Below, piece after piece: positions 39,672-47,769 of a DNA stretch of 64,000 nt. Numbering within the stretch: the stretch's first letter is position 1; the number at the start of each line of letters is the position of its first letter. The notes below the pieces were generated by a model. The model saw only the letters and a program-made list of their open reading frames with translations. It was not told the origin of the DNA and ran no database searches. The DNA comes from a virus (taxonomy: Duplodnaviria; Caudoviricetes). The translations under genes and the position numbers were made by a program. The stretch lies in the IMG/VR virus record IMGVR_UViG_3300001594_000003, positions 1 to 64,000 of that record; one strand, 5' to 3'.

Positions 39672-41235
39672 GGAAAAGTTCCTCAAGCTTTCCTCTAAAG
39701 AGCAGACTGCCTACTTGGACGAATACAAGAAAAGCAGTCACCGCTTCCTGTTGAAGGGTAACAAGGAGACACCCGAAGCGGCTCCTGAGAAAAAGAAAAA
39801 GGGTAAGAAGAAAGGCAAGAAGAAGGATAAGATACGACGCTTGACTCGTAACGAATACGATGCCCTTAGTGATAAGGATCGCGAGCGTTACGATGCCAAG
39901 TACGCGAAGAACTCGCACAAGATGCGATTCAAGAAGGGCGGTAAGAAGGGTAAAAAGGACGTCACGATTGACGGACGAGAATCCAAGAAAGAAGCCCAAG
40001 AGCGCCGCAAGGAGCTAATGTCCAAAGTAGATACCCAGCGCAACGTCATTCACGACGACGGTGCTGGCGTTATCAACCGCGAGAGCGTTAAGGCCCTAGC
40101 TTTGATCAAGCCTGAGCACCTGCATCAGGGTGCTGCCAACATTGAGAACAACCGCCACGAAATTCGTGATCTGGTTGAACATCAGTTGCGCGATAAGCCT
40201 GAGCTTTCTCAACGCGGTTTTGCTGCTGTGCGCGATATGATGCACGGCGGCCTTCTAGAGGACAAGTCGCAGGAAGACGATGAGGATATCATCGAGGGTG
40301 AATTTGAGGAAATCCCGAATGCACCTGCCGTTGTCGATAACGAAGACGACGATATCCTAGAGGGTGAGTTTGAGGAAATAGAGGAAGCTCCAGAAAAGCC
40401 CTCGTTCTCCAAAGAGCGCCTCAAAGAGTTTGAGAAGGATGGTGGCAAGTTTAAGCCTCGCCGAGGTGATGACAAGCCATACATAAACGAGAACGGCGAG
40501 AAAGAGTATTACGACGACGGCGATCCTGTAACTGTCGGCGATATGCGTGAAATCGAATACGACGAGATACGCAAATCACGGGCCGGTGATCGTAAGAAGT
40601 CCAAGAGCAAGAAGAAGCGTGACCGTGCACACAAGGACTCCAAGAAGCAACGCGACGGCCATTCGTTGTTGAACCTGGTGGTCAAGACAGCTATCATTGG
40701 TGCCGGCATCGGTATGCTTGCCATGGGTGCGGGTCCCCTTGGTATGATCATCGGTCGAGGTATTCTCGAACTTTGGTCTGATATGCCTAGCTTGAGTGCA
40801 GCTAACGGTCTGACCGACGAAGACAGCGACACCGTAGACGAAATCATCACGCAGACCATTAGCTACATGCGCAACATGGACGTGGACGATCTTAAAGGTC
40901 AGTCCACCGAAATGTTTACTGCGTTGTCTGCTGCTCGTCCTGACGTTGACGTGTTCAACATCGTCTACTCCGCAGTGTTACCTCTTGTTCAAGGTAGACC
41001 ATCTGGTCGCCCTGGAAAAAACTTCTTCGGCAAGACTTTTTCCGACATGGAAACACTGGCCGACGCTACTGAACAAGCGCTACAGAAAGCCGGCGTGCTG
41101 ATCGAACATGAAAGGTATTCGGACGATATCGACAAGAGCCATCACTTCTATTGTCGTGACCGTAAGAAGACCATCGTTGCTCTCGGAATGTTCGAGCAGC
41201 ACCAACTCTATCACTTTGCCTTCGTAACAAGGTGA
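39625..41235 (+). CDS. Charge-segregated protein with a hydrophobic Gly-rich segment (possible internal/ejection protein)
   Basis: ATG at 39625; basic N-terminus, acidic repeats, AIIGAGIGMLAMGAGPLGMIIG. Confidence 0.7.
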   Translation: MLVSLSLARKFPRLSKEKFLKLSSKEQTAYLDEYKKSSHRFLLKGNKETPEAAPEKKKKGKKKGKKKDKIRRLTRNEYDALSDKDRERYDAKYAKNSHKMRFKKGGKKGKKDVTIDGRESKKEAQERRKELMSKVDTQRNVIHDDGAGVINRESVKALALIKPEHLHQGAANIENNRHEIRDLVEHQLRDKPELSQRGFAAVRDMMHGGLLEDKSQEDDEDIIEGEFEEIPNAPAVVDNEDDDILEGEFEEIEEAPEKPSFSKERLKEFEKDGGKFKPRRGDDKPYINENGEKEYYDDGDPVTVGDMREIEYDEIRKSRAGDRKKSKSKKKRDRAHKDSKKQRDGHSLLNLVVKTAIIGAGIGMLAMGAGPLGMIIGRGILELWSDMPSLSAANGLTDEDSDTVDEIITQTISYMRNMDVDDLKGQSTEMFTALSAARPDVDVFNIVYSAVLPLVQGRPSGRPGKNFFGKTFSDMETLADATEQALQKAGVLIEHERYSDDIDKSHHFYCRDRKKTIVALGMFEQHQLYHFAFVTR

Positions 41236-41582
41236 CTCGAATGGAACGTATCAGCTACAAAACATTGAAAGATGAGGCGAAGCTGCCCATAGCTCAACGT
41301 AAGAACTGGGACGTTCTGTTGGGCAGTCGCCGTATAGCAACCATCAGTGCGCAGGATGACATATCGAGTGATCGTAGTCATTCCCTGCGTATCTGGAAAG
41401 CCAAGCTGTACCCGAATGCGTTCGATCCGTTCGACTTCCCGCATCACGATGACGAGGAAGAAAAGACACGGCCGCACGTTGTACTGAGCAATGGCCAACC
41501 GACTCTGGTAAACCCGCAACCCATGACAATGCGCGAAGCTCGTTCATGGATCAAACAAGTAGTCCATAGAGGTTCAGAATGA
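41232..41582 (+). CDS. Hypothetical protein
   Basis: Overlapping stop/start junctions on both sides. Confidence 0.65.
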   Translation: MTRMERISYKTLKDEAKLPIAQRKNWDVLLGSRRIATISAQDDISSDRSHSLRIWKAKLYPNAFDPFDFPHHDDEEEKTRPHVVLSNGQPTLVNPQPMTMREARSWIKQVVHRGSE

Positions 41583-42319
41583 CTCGCATGGTATCCACTA
41601 GCTTCTCCATCGGGCAGGTTCCCGTAGAGATGCACAAAGCAGAACGGAAGAACGGTGCTGTTCGCCTAACACAAGAACAAGCTGGTGGTGACGCTCGCGT
41701 ACTGGACGCTCACATTTGGTTGCCAAAAGCAGCAGAGCATTACCGAATCAGCGGTGATATACGTGACTACATCGTAGTGCCTGTACCGAGCATCATCACA
41801 TCGATTCCGAACACTAACGGCGACTCTGCATCGTTTGCAGAGTTGACCAAGTTCAATCCCGAGTTCGGTCAGATGGCGTTTCGTACTTGGGTAGGGAAAC
41901 CCACTCACGTTGAGCACGATAACAAGGACATTACAAAGGCAAAGGGTGTCATTCTCGATACATATCTGCGCCCGCTGCCTCGTTTCCCAAAGTTCGCAAA
42001 GCTGGTCAAACTGCTCGCCTTCGACCGCACCAAAGATGCGTTCCTTGTGAACAAGATTCTCAAGCGTGAAGTCAGCACTTACTCGATGGGTATGTACTAT
42101 TCATCGTACACCTGCCCTATCTGCAATGCTCGCGTAGGTAAAGGCATTGGTATGCCGTGTCAGCATACGCGCCCACGTCGTCCAACGTATCAGTTGCCGG
42201 ATGGTCGCCTCGCATATCGTCAATGCGAAAACCTCGTAGGGTTTGAAACGAGCGTGGTTATGGACCCCGCTTACATTGTAGCCCAATCGGACGTCATCTG
42301 GGACGTTGCTGGCTTCTAA
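41579..42319 (+). CDS. Prohead maturation protease (HK97/herpes assemblin-like fold) with a Cys/His insert
   Basis: NTNGD, GKP.HVEH, KGVILD, YSMG, CPIC..CQH, GFETSVV.DPA. Confidence 0.75.
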   Translation: MTRMVSTSFSIGQVPVEMHKAERKNGAVRLTQEQAGGDARVLDAHIWLPKAAEHYRISGDIRDYIVVPVPSIITSIPNTNGDSASFAELTKFNPEFGQMAFRTWVGKPTHVEHDNKDITKAKGVILDTYLRPLPRFPKFAKLVKLLAFDRTKDAFLVNKILKREVSTYSMGMYYSSYTCPICNARVGKGIGMPCQHTRPRRPTYQLPDGRLAYRQCENLVGFETSVVMDPAYIVAQSDVIWDVAGF

Positions 42320-42329
42320 GGAAATGGTT

Positions 42330-42845
42330 ATGCAGATAACACTGTCGTTCAAGGCTGAGGCTGCCAATAAGCTGGAAATGATCCCGTACACAGGTAACAA
42401 CGGTCTGTACGTTTCAATGGTACCTCGTGACGATATGCTGGATGATGTTATGAAGCTCGCTGAGGAGCTAGGCATCACACCTGTACGCGAGGCACTTCAT
42501 ACAACTGTGATCTACAGTAAGAAACCAGCAGGTGAGTTGCCTACACCTGATCCTGAGCGACAGGTTACTGCTGTCATCACAAGCGTCGATAGTTGGGTTG
42601 GACACAACGGCAAAACCTACATCGTGTTGAAGCTGGCAAGCGAAGCACTGCTGTTTATGCACGGTGATTACAGCCGACGCGGCGCAGAAGCCACATTCAT
42701 TCCATACGCACCGCACATAACGCTGTCTGATGAGGTTGAAGTAGACGCGGAAATGAAGGTTCGCATGGAGAAGCTGAACAAGTATCTGAACTACGATCCC
42801 AAGCTGATCTATCTGACCAACGAGCGCATCGGCGATCTGGACTGA
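42330..42845 (+). CDS. acb1: 2H phosphoesterase, Acb1 (T4 gp57B)-like anti-CBASS nuclease
   Basis: GLYV, LHTTVIYS, W...G..IVLKLASEAL...H....GA...F..Y.PHITLS mirror T4 57B/Acb1. Confidence 0.8.
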   Translation: MQITLSFKAEAANKLEMIPYTGNNGLYVSMVPRDDMLDDVMKLAEELGITPVREALHTTVIYSKKPAGELPTPDPERQVTAVITSVDSWVGHNGKTYIVLKLASEALLFMHGDYSRRGAEATFIPYAPHITLSDEVEVDAEMKVRMEKLNKYLNYDPKLIYLTNERIGDLD

Positions 42846-42847
42846 TT

Positions 42848-42967
42848 ATGGCTGTTCGTAAAAAGAAAAAGAAGTTTGTGAAGATCAAGGTCAAAATACC
42901 AAAACAATACGTTCGTGTGGTTGAGACTGATCGCATGAACGTACAAGTGGAGTCACCGCCCTTATGA
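42848..42967 (+). CDS. 39-aa basic protein MAVRKKKKKFVKIKVKIPKQYVRVVETDRMNVQVESPPL (not in the ORF track)
   Basis: Fills the gap exactly; ATGA overlap with the next gene. Confidence 0.55.
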   Translation: MAVRKKKKKFVKIKVKIPKQYVRVVETDRMNVQVESPPL

Positions 42968-43398
42968 GCATGACGTGTGCAACACCATTTCGAGCGAAGC
43001 CTCCGAGGCCACCTGTGCCCGAAGCGCCTATGCCTCGCTATGGTATCGGTCGCCTCGACACATACGATACCAGCATTCGTGACAATAAACTGAACTTCGA
43101 TATCGTCATGGGTTCGCAGCTTGAGGCAGTTGAACCTAATGCTACCTTTAGCTTGCCGAACACTGGTGACAATATCTACAGCTACTTTATGTCGCCAGTG
43201 GAGTATGGCACCGTATCGTTCAAAGCGAACGGCGGCTTTACTGGTGGTTGGGATGGCGCGTCCTGGCCTCTGGATGATATGGGTGACGAATACGGCCCAG
43301 TTACCATCACGTATGAAGGCGCAGAGTGGTATATGTATCGCACTGATTGGCCTGGTGCTGCTGCAACCACTTATACCGTAAACTTCTCCAATGTCTAA
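42964..43398 (+). CDS. Stand-alone GGWDGASWP/YRTD domain protein
   Basis: Homologous to domains in 27375 and 47769. Confidence 0.8.
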   Translation: MSMTCATPFRAKPPRPPVPEAPMPRYGIGRLDTYDTSIRDNKLNFDIVMGSQLEAVEPNATFSLPNTGDNIYSYFMSPVEYGTVSFKANGGFTGGWDGASWPLDDMGDEYGPVTITYEGAEWYMYRTDWPGAAATTYTVNFSNV

Positions 43399-43636
43399 GA
43401 TCAAGATCAGACTTCACGACGCTAGACCAGGTCACCACGGTGAGCGCGCCACGATCATCGAGGAACCGCACGTTCGTTTGCCTAAAGCAAAGATCAAGAA
43501 CATGCTCAAGTCGAAGCTACGTGAGGAGAAAGATGGAGTGCAGCAGTCTCTTGGGCCGAGAGACGCTACACCTGAGAATACCTACGTTTCCCATGTAAAC
43601 TGGAAAAGCAGGCTTGAGAAGGGCGATCCCTACTAG
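43391..43636 (+). CDS. Small hypothetical protein
   Basis: Overlaps the upstream stop. Confidence 0.6.
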   Translation: MSKIKIRLHDARPGHHGERATIIEEPHVRLPKAKIKNMLKSKLREEKDGVQQSLGPRDATPENTYVSHVNWKSRLEKGDPY

Positions 43637-43644
43637 GAGGCCGT

Positions 43645-44025
43645 ATGGCCGAGACAATACCGTGCGCGTGTGGCAATCCTGTGCCATGTTATCTTCGCGC
43701 TAATGAATCGCAGACGCCTTGCCCTAAAGCATCGCTCGCTGCTAAGTACACGCAACGGTGCATTCACTGCGAGTGCCTGCCTTGTAATTGCTACGCAGGT
43801 TCGTTGCCTAATGCTCCCGTTTACGGTGGTGCTATACGCTCGATAGCTGAGCTAATGATACGTTGCGCCAAAGAGAGCGCTGTGGTCATTTCAGCCAACG
43901 CATGTACAGCCCAAGAGATAGCGGAAGCCCGAGCAGATCAACGGCTTTTCGTTGATCCTAGCGGTGCTGGTTATGTTCTCCAAAGTCGCGCTTGGTTAGA
44001 CAAGCTGCGCAACTGTAAGTGCTGA
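43645..44025 (+). CDS. Cys-rich hypothetical protein
   Basis: AGGAGG RBS; CACG..C, CIHCECLPCNC. Confidence 0.65.
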   Translation: MAETIPCACGNPVPCYLRANESQTPCPKASLAAKYTQRCIHCECLPCNCYAGSLPNAPVYGGAIRSIAELMIRCAKESAVVISANACTAQEIAEARADQRLFVDPSGAGYVLQSRAWLDKLRNCKC

Positions 44026-44035
44026 CCAGAGACCT

Positions 44036-44078
44036 AAAAAAGGCCACTGCTCTTTCGGGCATGTGGCCTTTTCTTTTA
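44036..44078. terminator. Bidirectional terminator
   Basis: aaaaaaggccac...gtggccttttctttt between convergent genes. Confidence 0.85.
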
Positions 44079-44324
44079 TCTTGCGTCCCAGTAACCGGTA
44101 ACTTGTGTGTAACCGAGTTCTGTTACCTTGCTCTGCACTTCTAGGTCTTGTGTGTCGAATTGTTCCATTAAGTACATGAACTGGTCTCTACCCGCAGAAT
44201 GTCTCGGCGAAAACAATTCCAATCGCTCTTTGATACTCTGCTCGGCAGTGCCTCCCCACGACTCATGACCTACTGCCATGATTTCCCTTCTGTCGTGGTT
44301 AACGGCAAACACTTTCTCTGCCAT
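44076..44324 (-). CDS. Small hypothetical protein (MAEKVFAVNHD...)
   Basis: GGAG RBS just after the thyA stop. Confidence 0.65.
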   Translation of the reverse strand: MAEKVFAVNHDRREIMAVGHESWGGTAEQSIKERLELFSPRHSAGRDQFMYLMEQFDTQDLEVQSKVTELGYTQVTGYWDAR

Positions 44325-44334
44325 CATTATCTCC

Positions 44335-45471
44335 TTAAACCGCAACTGCTGCTTTGATAGCGTCGTGGCTCTGGTATCCGAGGATTTGGATGTCCTCAAA
44401 CTTGAACTCTGTGATCGACTCATACGACTTATCACCGTTCATGGTGTTGAGTTGCAAGAACGCTTGCCCTTCTTCGAGTTCCTCTCGGCTCAGTTGTTCG
44501 CGCACTTGGTCTTCGTGGTTGCTGTAGATGTGTGCGTCACCGAACGTATGGAACAGCTTGCCTGCACGCAGACCGTGCAGTTGTGCAAGCATGTGGGTCA
44601 TCAGCGCATAGAAGCCGAAATTGAAGGGTACGCCGATGAAAAAATCTCCCGAGCGCTGATAGAGCTTGCAGTGCAACATACCGTCTTCGACAGCCCACTG
44701 AGCAAGCGTGTGGCAAGGCGGCAATGCCATCTCATCGATGCGAGCTACGTTCCACGCGGACAGGATGATACGTCGGCTGTCCTGCTTGTTACGAATCTGA
44801 TCTTCCAGCTCTGCGATCTGGTCAATCTCCCGCTTGATGATCAGGTTACCGTTATCTAGTTGGCCTGCATGAACGAAGCCGCGCTTGCCGTACTTTTCCC
44901 ATGCGCCTTCGTTGTAGATTTCGGATGGGTGAATCTCACGTATGTCCTCTGTGCGTCGCCACTGTGCACCATACACCGGGCCAAGGTCACCGCTTACCAG
45001 TTCTTCTTCTGGAATACTCCAGTTGTTCAGAGACATTTCCAGACGGTTGAGAATCTCCGACTCATTGAAGCCTTCGTCCGTCAGATACTGCTTGATTTCG
45101 CTAAACTTTTCCAGTTGACCTGGGGTCATTTTGCGAATACGCTCACCCCACTCCAACATGCGATACTTTGCGGTGCTTGGAATTACCCAGCTATCCCAGA
45201 TACTTACATTGTTGGCCTTCAAGTAAGCCACATCGCTACTGCCGCTGAGCATCCAAATCAGTTCGTGAATGAACGAACGATGGAATATCTTCTTGGTCGT
45301 CAGCAGAGGCAGAATAGGCGCACCGCCGTCGTCCATAAGATCGAACTCAAGATTGATCTGTCCGAATACGGAGCGGGTGCCTGTACCTGTTCGATCCGTC
45401 TTGACGGTACCGTTGCGCATGATGTAATCCAATGCACCAAGATACCCTGCCTCGTTGTGGCCGTAATACAT
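44335..45471 (-). CDS. thyA: Thymidylate synthase ThyA with insertions
   Basis: DRTGTGT, PLLTTKK, GPVYGAQWR, SRR, MALPPCH, YQRSGD..GVPFN, DAHIY. Confidence 0.97.
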   Translation of the reverse strand: MYYGHNEAGYLGALDYIMRNGTVKTDRTGTGTRSVFGQINLEFDLMDDGGAPILPLLTTKKIFHRSFIHELIWMLSGSSDVAYLKANNVSIWDSWVIPSTAKYRMLEWGERIRKMTPGQLEKFSEIKQYLTDEGFNESEILNRLEMSLNNWSIPEEELVSGDLGPVYGAQWRRTEDIREIHPSEIYNEGAWEKYGKRGFVHAGQLDNGNLIIKREIDQIAELEDQIRNKQDSRRIILSAWNVARIDEMALPPCHTLAQWAVEDGMLHCKLYQRSGDFFIGVPFNFGFYALMTHMLAQLHGLRAGKLFHTFGDAHIYSNHEDQVREQLSREELEEGQAFLQLNTMNGDKSYESITEFKFEDIQILGYQSHDAIKAAVAV

Positions 45472-45507
45472 ACAGTTTTCCTTTGTTTGGTTGTGGCTTA
45501 CACCATA

Positions 45508-45517
45508 CGTTTACAGT
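45508..45517 (-). promoter_or_regulatory. Candidate early/middle promoter motif ACTGTAAACG (minus strand)
   Basis: 37-46 nt upstream of the thyA ATG; identical to 15611-15620. Confidence 0.45.
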
Positions 45518-45537
45518 ATCCCGGACCACTCAGTCGA

Positions 45538-45544
45538 TAATTTA
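45538..45544 (+). promoter_or_regulatory. Candidate late-promoter motif TAATTTA
   Basis: In the divergent intergenic region that must hold the baseplate operon promoter. Confidence 0.55.
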
Positions 45545-45570
45545 TGTGCATATAGTTTTGGAGACCGAAA

Positions 45571-45897
45571 ATGAGCAGTCTCGATCTAGTTTTGAACTTG
45601 AAGGGTCAGCGCAACATTCGTTTGGGTGTAGACGCTAGTACGGGTCACGGTTGTTTTCCTTCTACCATTCCAGCGTCTGCATCTATGACCGTACATACAG
45701 ACCAGATAGCTGAGGTACGTGTCAGTGATCGTTACGTGCCGCACTGCTGCCCGAATCAAGGCTGTCACGTGCCTATGGTTACAGTCGGCGCCCGCATCAC
45801 TTACACTGATCAGCTAGCCACGCATCGAGCAGGTGATCCGCTTGGGTGCGGTGACACTTCTTCTGGCGGATCAATGACGACCTACTCTGGAAACTGA
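45571..45897 (+). CDS. PAAR-like spike tip protein (T4 gp5.4-like)
   Basis: D..TGHGCFP, VRVSD...PHCC, H, RAGD...CGD..GGS. Confidence 0.85.
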   Translation: MSSLDLVLNLKGQRNIRLGVDASTGHGCFPSTIPASASMTVHTDQIAEVRVSDRYVPHCCPNQGCHVPMVTVGARITYTDQLATHRAGDPLGCGDTSSGGSMTTYSGN

Positions 45898-45898
45898 C

Positions 45899-46297
45899 AT
45901 GGCGGACATGCGCGATTCTCCCCTTTACTCTGACGTGAACCTGTACGTCGGAAGATTCTCCAACAAGGAGCTGGTGTACGACTACGAGTCGATCAACCAG
46001 AACATCTTCCTGATCATCACCACGCCAATTCGTTCAAAGTGGTTCCGGGTGCGTTACGGATCAAACATTCCGAAGTATCTGTTTGAGCCGATGGATGATA
46101 TGACTGCCGCACGTATTCGCGCGGAGATTCAGTCTCTCCTAAGTAGGAACAACGAATTGCGAGTAGTGATCCAAAGCGTTCGCGTCATACCGAACTACGC
46201 TAATCAGGTCTACGCTTGCGAAATCATATACACTGCCGTAGAGATTGGCGATCAGCCATTCCAGTTTCAGTTCGGCCTTAATCGACAGGCAGCTTAG
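45899..46297 (+). CDS. Baseplate gp25-like protein
   Basis: SINQNI..I.TT....R..YGSNI..YLFEPMD. Confidence 0.88.
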   Translation: MADMRDSPLYSDVNLYVGRFSNKELVYDYESINQNIFLIITTPIRSKWFRVRYGSNIPKYLFEPMDDMTAARIRAEIQSLLSRNNELRVVIQSVRVIPNYANQVYACEIIYTAVEIGDQPFQFQFGLNRQAA

Positions 46298-46305
46298 GAA
46301 TTACC

Positions 46306-47769
46306 ATGTCTACTCTCCCAATCAGCAAGGTCGTCGTTGACCAACAAGACATATACAACGAGCTGGCTAGACGGCTATCCGAGAAGGGCACATGGAAAGA
46401 CCTGCTGCCTACGAACGTCGGCTCAACTATTCTGGATATTGCCTCAGGTGCTACCACTGTAAATCAACACTACATCAACGTCAGCTTGCGGGAAGCGTTC
46501 TTGAGTGTGGCTCGCCGTGATAGTTCGATCTTCGAAGGCACACGTTCCCTCGGTATCAAAATCTCGCGTAAGACCTGCCCAGGTACTGCGTGCTTCCTGC
46601 AGAACAACCTGCAGACCGTGAAATTTATCCCTGCATATACGGAGTTCTTCGTCGGCAGCGACAAGTTTTTCAATCGTGAGCAGTTGATGGTTCCGCCGGG
46701 TCAAGTGATCGAAGACGTGTACCTGTATCAAGGTGAGATACGCACCTCCGAATTCGATATCGACACCCTCGATCCTACCGCACTGCAAACGTTCAAGCTG
46801 GACATGCCGGGTTTCGTCGTGTCAGAGACCGATCTTCTCGTTTGGGTAGAAGACAAGGTAACTGGCGAAGCAATCGTGTGGGAACCTACGGACAAAGCTC
46901 TGTTTGAACTCGGACCTACCGATCGCAACTACTACGAGTTCACAGCAGGTAACGGCGACGTTGCTTTCATGTTTGGCACAGGTGAGTACGGTGCTCGCAT
47001 CCCGGGTAACTCCGTATTGAAAGTTCGCTACGCTGTAACCAAGGGTGCTTCTGTTGTAGGCATCAGCGGTGAGCGCGTTCGCATGACTGCGCAGCCAGAA
47101 ATAAGCGGCTTCACCACGTCCAACATCACTGGCGGCAGCGACCAAAAGTCTGCAATGTATTACAAGCTGTTTGCACCGACTATGTTCCGTAGCAATCGTA
47201 AAGCAATCAGTGCAACCGAAGTTCGCGCCCACATTATGAACTACCCTGGAGTTGCGGACGTTGCGTTGTTTACCCAGCGAGACATTGCACCGAACGATCC
47301 AAAGTGGCAAAACGTAATGCGTGTTTGCATTCTTCCAGAAACGACTGATACCTGGGGCGGTGCAAACCCGAACCCACGTTCCGCAGCGTGGGAGCAGTTC
47401 TTGCGTTGGTTGGAAGATCGGTGTCATGGTCTTGCTCAGTTTCAGTCGTGGAACCCAACGAAATCTTTCGTACCTGTGCGCGTTCTGCTTGCCGTCGATA
47501 AGGATGTTGATGTTGAGGAAATGCGTATCGTAGTGACTGAGCGTATCCTGAAGTTGTTTCAGCGTAAGCCTGGAATACTCGGACGTCGTCTCTCCAAGTC
47601 CGATATCGAAAAAGCCTGTCGTGTAGGTGGTGTCGATTACATTGAGGTGAAGTCTCCCACAGAGGAGATTATACCGTCAGACCGTACGCAGTATGTCGTA
47701 CTTGACGGTACCCCTGATGTTCAAATCGTCTACTCGGAACGTAAGCAAGGCACCACTGGAGCCTACTAA
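46306..47769 (+). CDS. Baseplate wedge protein (T4 gp6 / P2 J-like)
   Basis: REAFLSVARRDSSI..LG, FG.G.YG..P, GGSD, RKAIS; position after the gp25-like gene. Confidence 0.85.
   Translation: MSTLPISKVVVDQQDIYNELARRLSEKGTWKDLLPTNVGSTILDIASGATTVNQHYINVSLREAFLSVARRDSSIFEGTRSLGIKISRKTCPGTACFLQNNLQTVKFIPAYTEFFVGSDKFFNREQLMVPPGQVIEDVYLYQGEIRTSEFDIDTLDPTALQTFKLDMPGFVVSETDLLVWVEDKVTGEAIVWEPTDKALFELGPTDRNYYEFTAGNGDVAFMFGTGEYGARIPGNSVLKVRYAVTKGASVVGISGERVRMTAQPEISGFTTSNITGGSDQKSAMYYKLFAPTMFRSNRKAISATEVRAHIMNYPGVADVALFTQRDIAPNDPKWQNVMRVCILPETTDTWGGANPNPRSAAWEQFLRWLEDRCHGLAQFQSWNPTKSFVPVRVLLAVDKDVDVEEMRIVVTERILKLFQRKPGILGRRLSKSDIEKACRVGGVDYIEVKSPTEEIIPSDRTQYVVLDGTPDVQIVYSERKQGTTGAY

Noticed and set aside
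44335-45471. dCMP/dUMP hydroxymethylase (modified-base pathway)
   Set aside because: Canonical ThyA motifs including PFN Asn; no associated modification genes in the window.
44278-45540. Plus-strand ORFs 44278-44859 and 44860-45540
   Set aside because: Antisense to thyA; no independent support.
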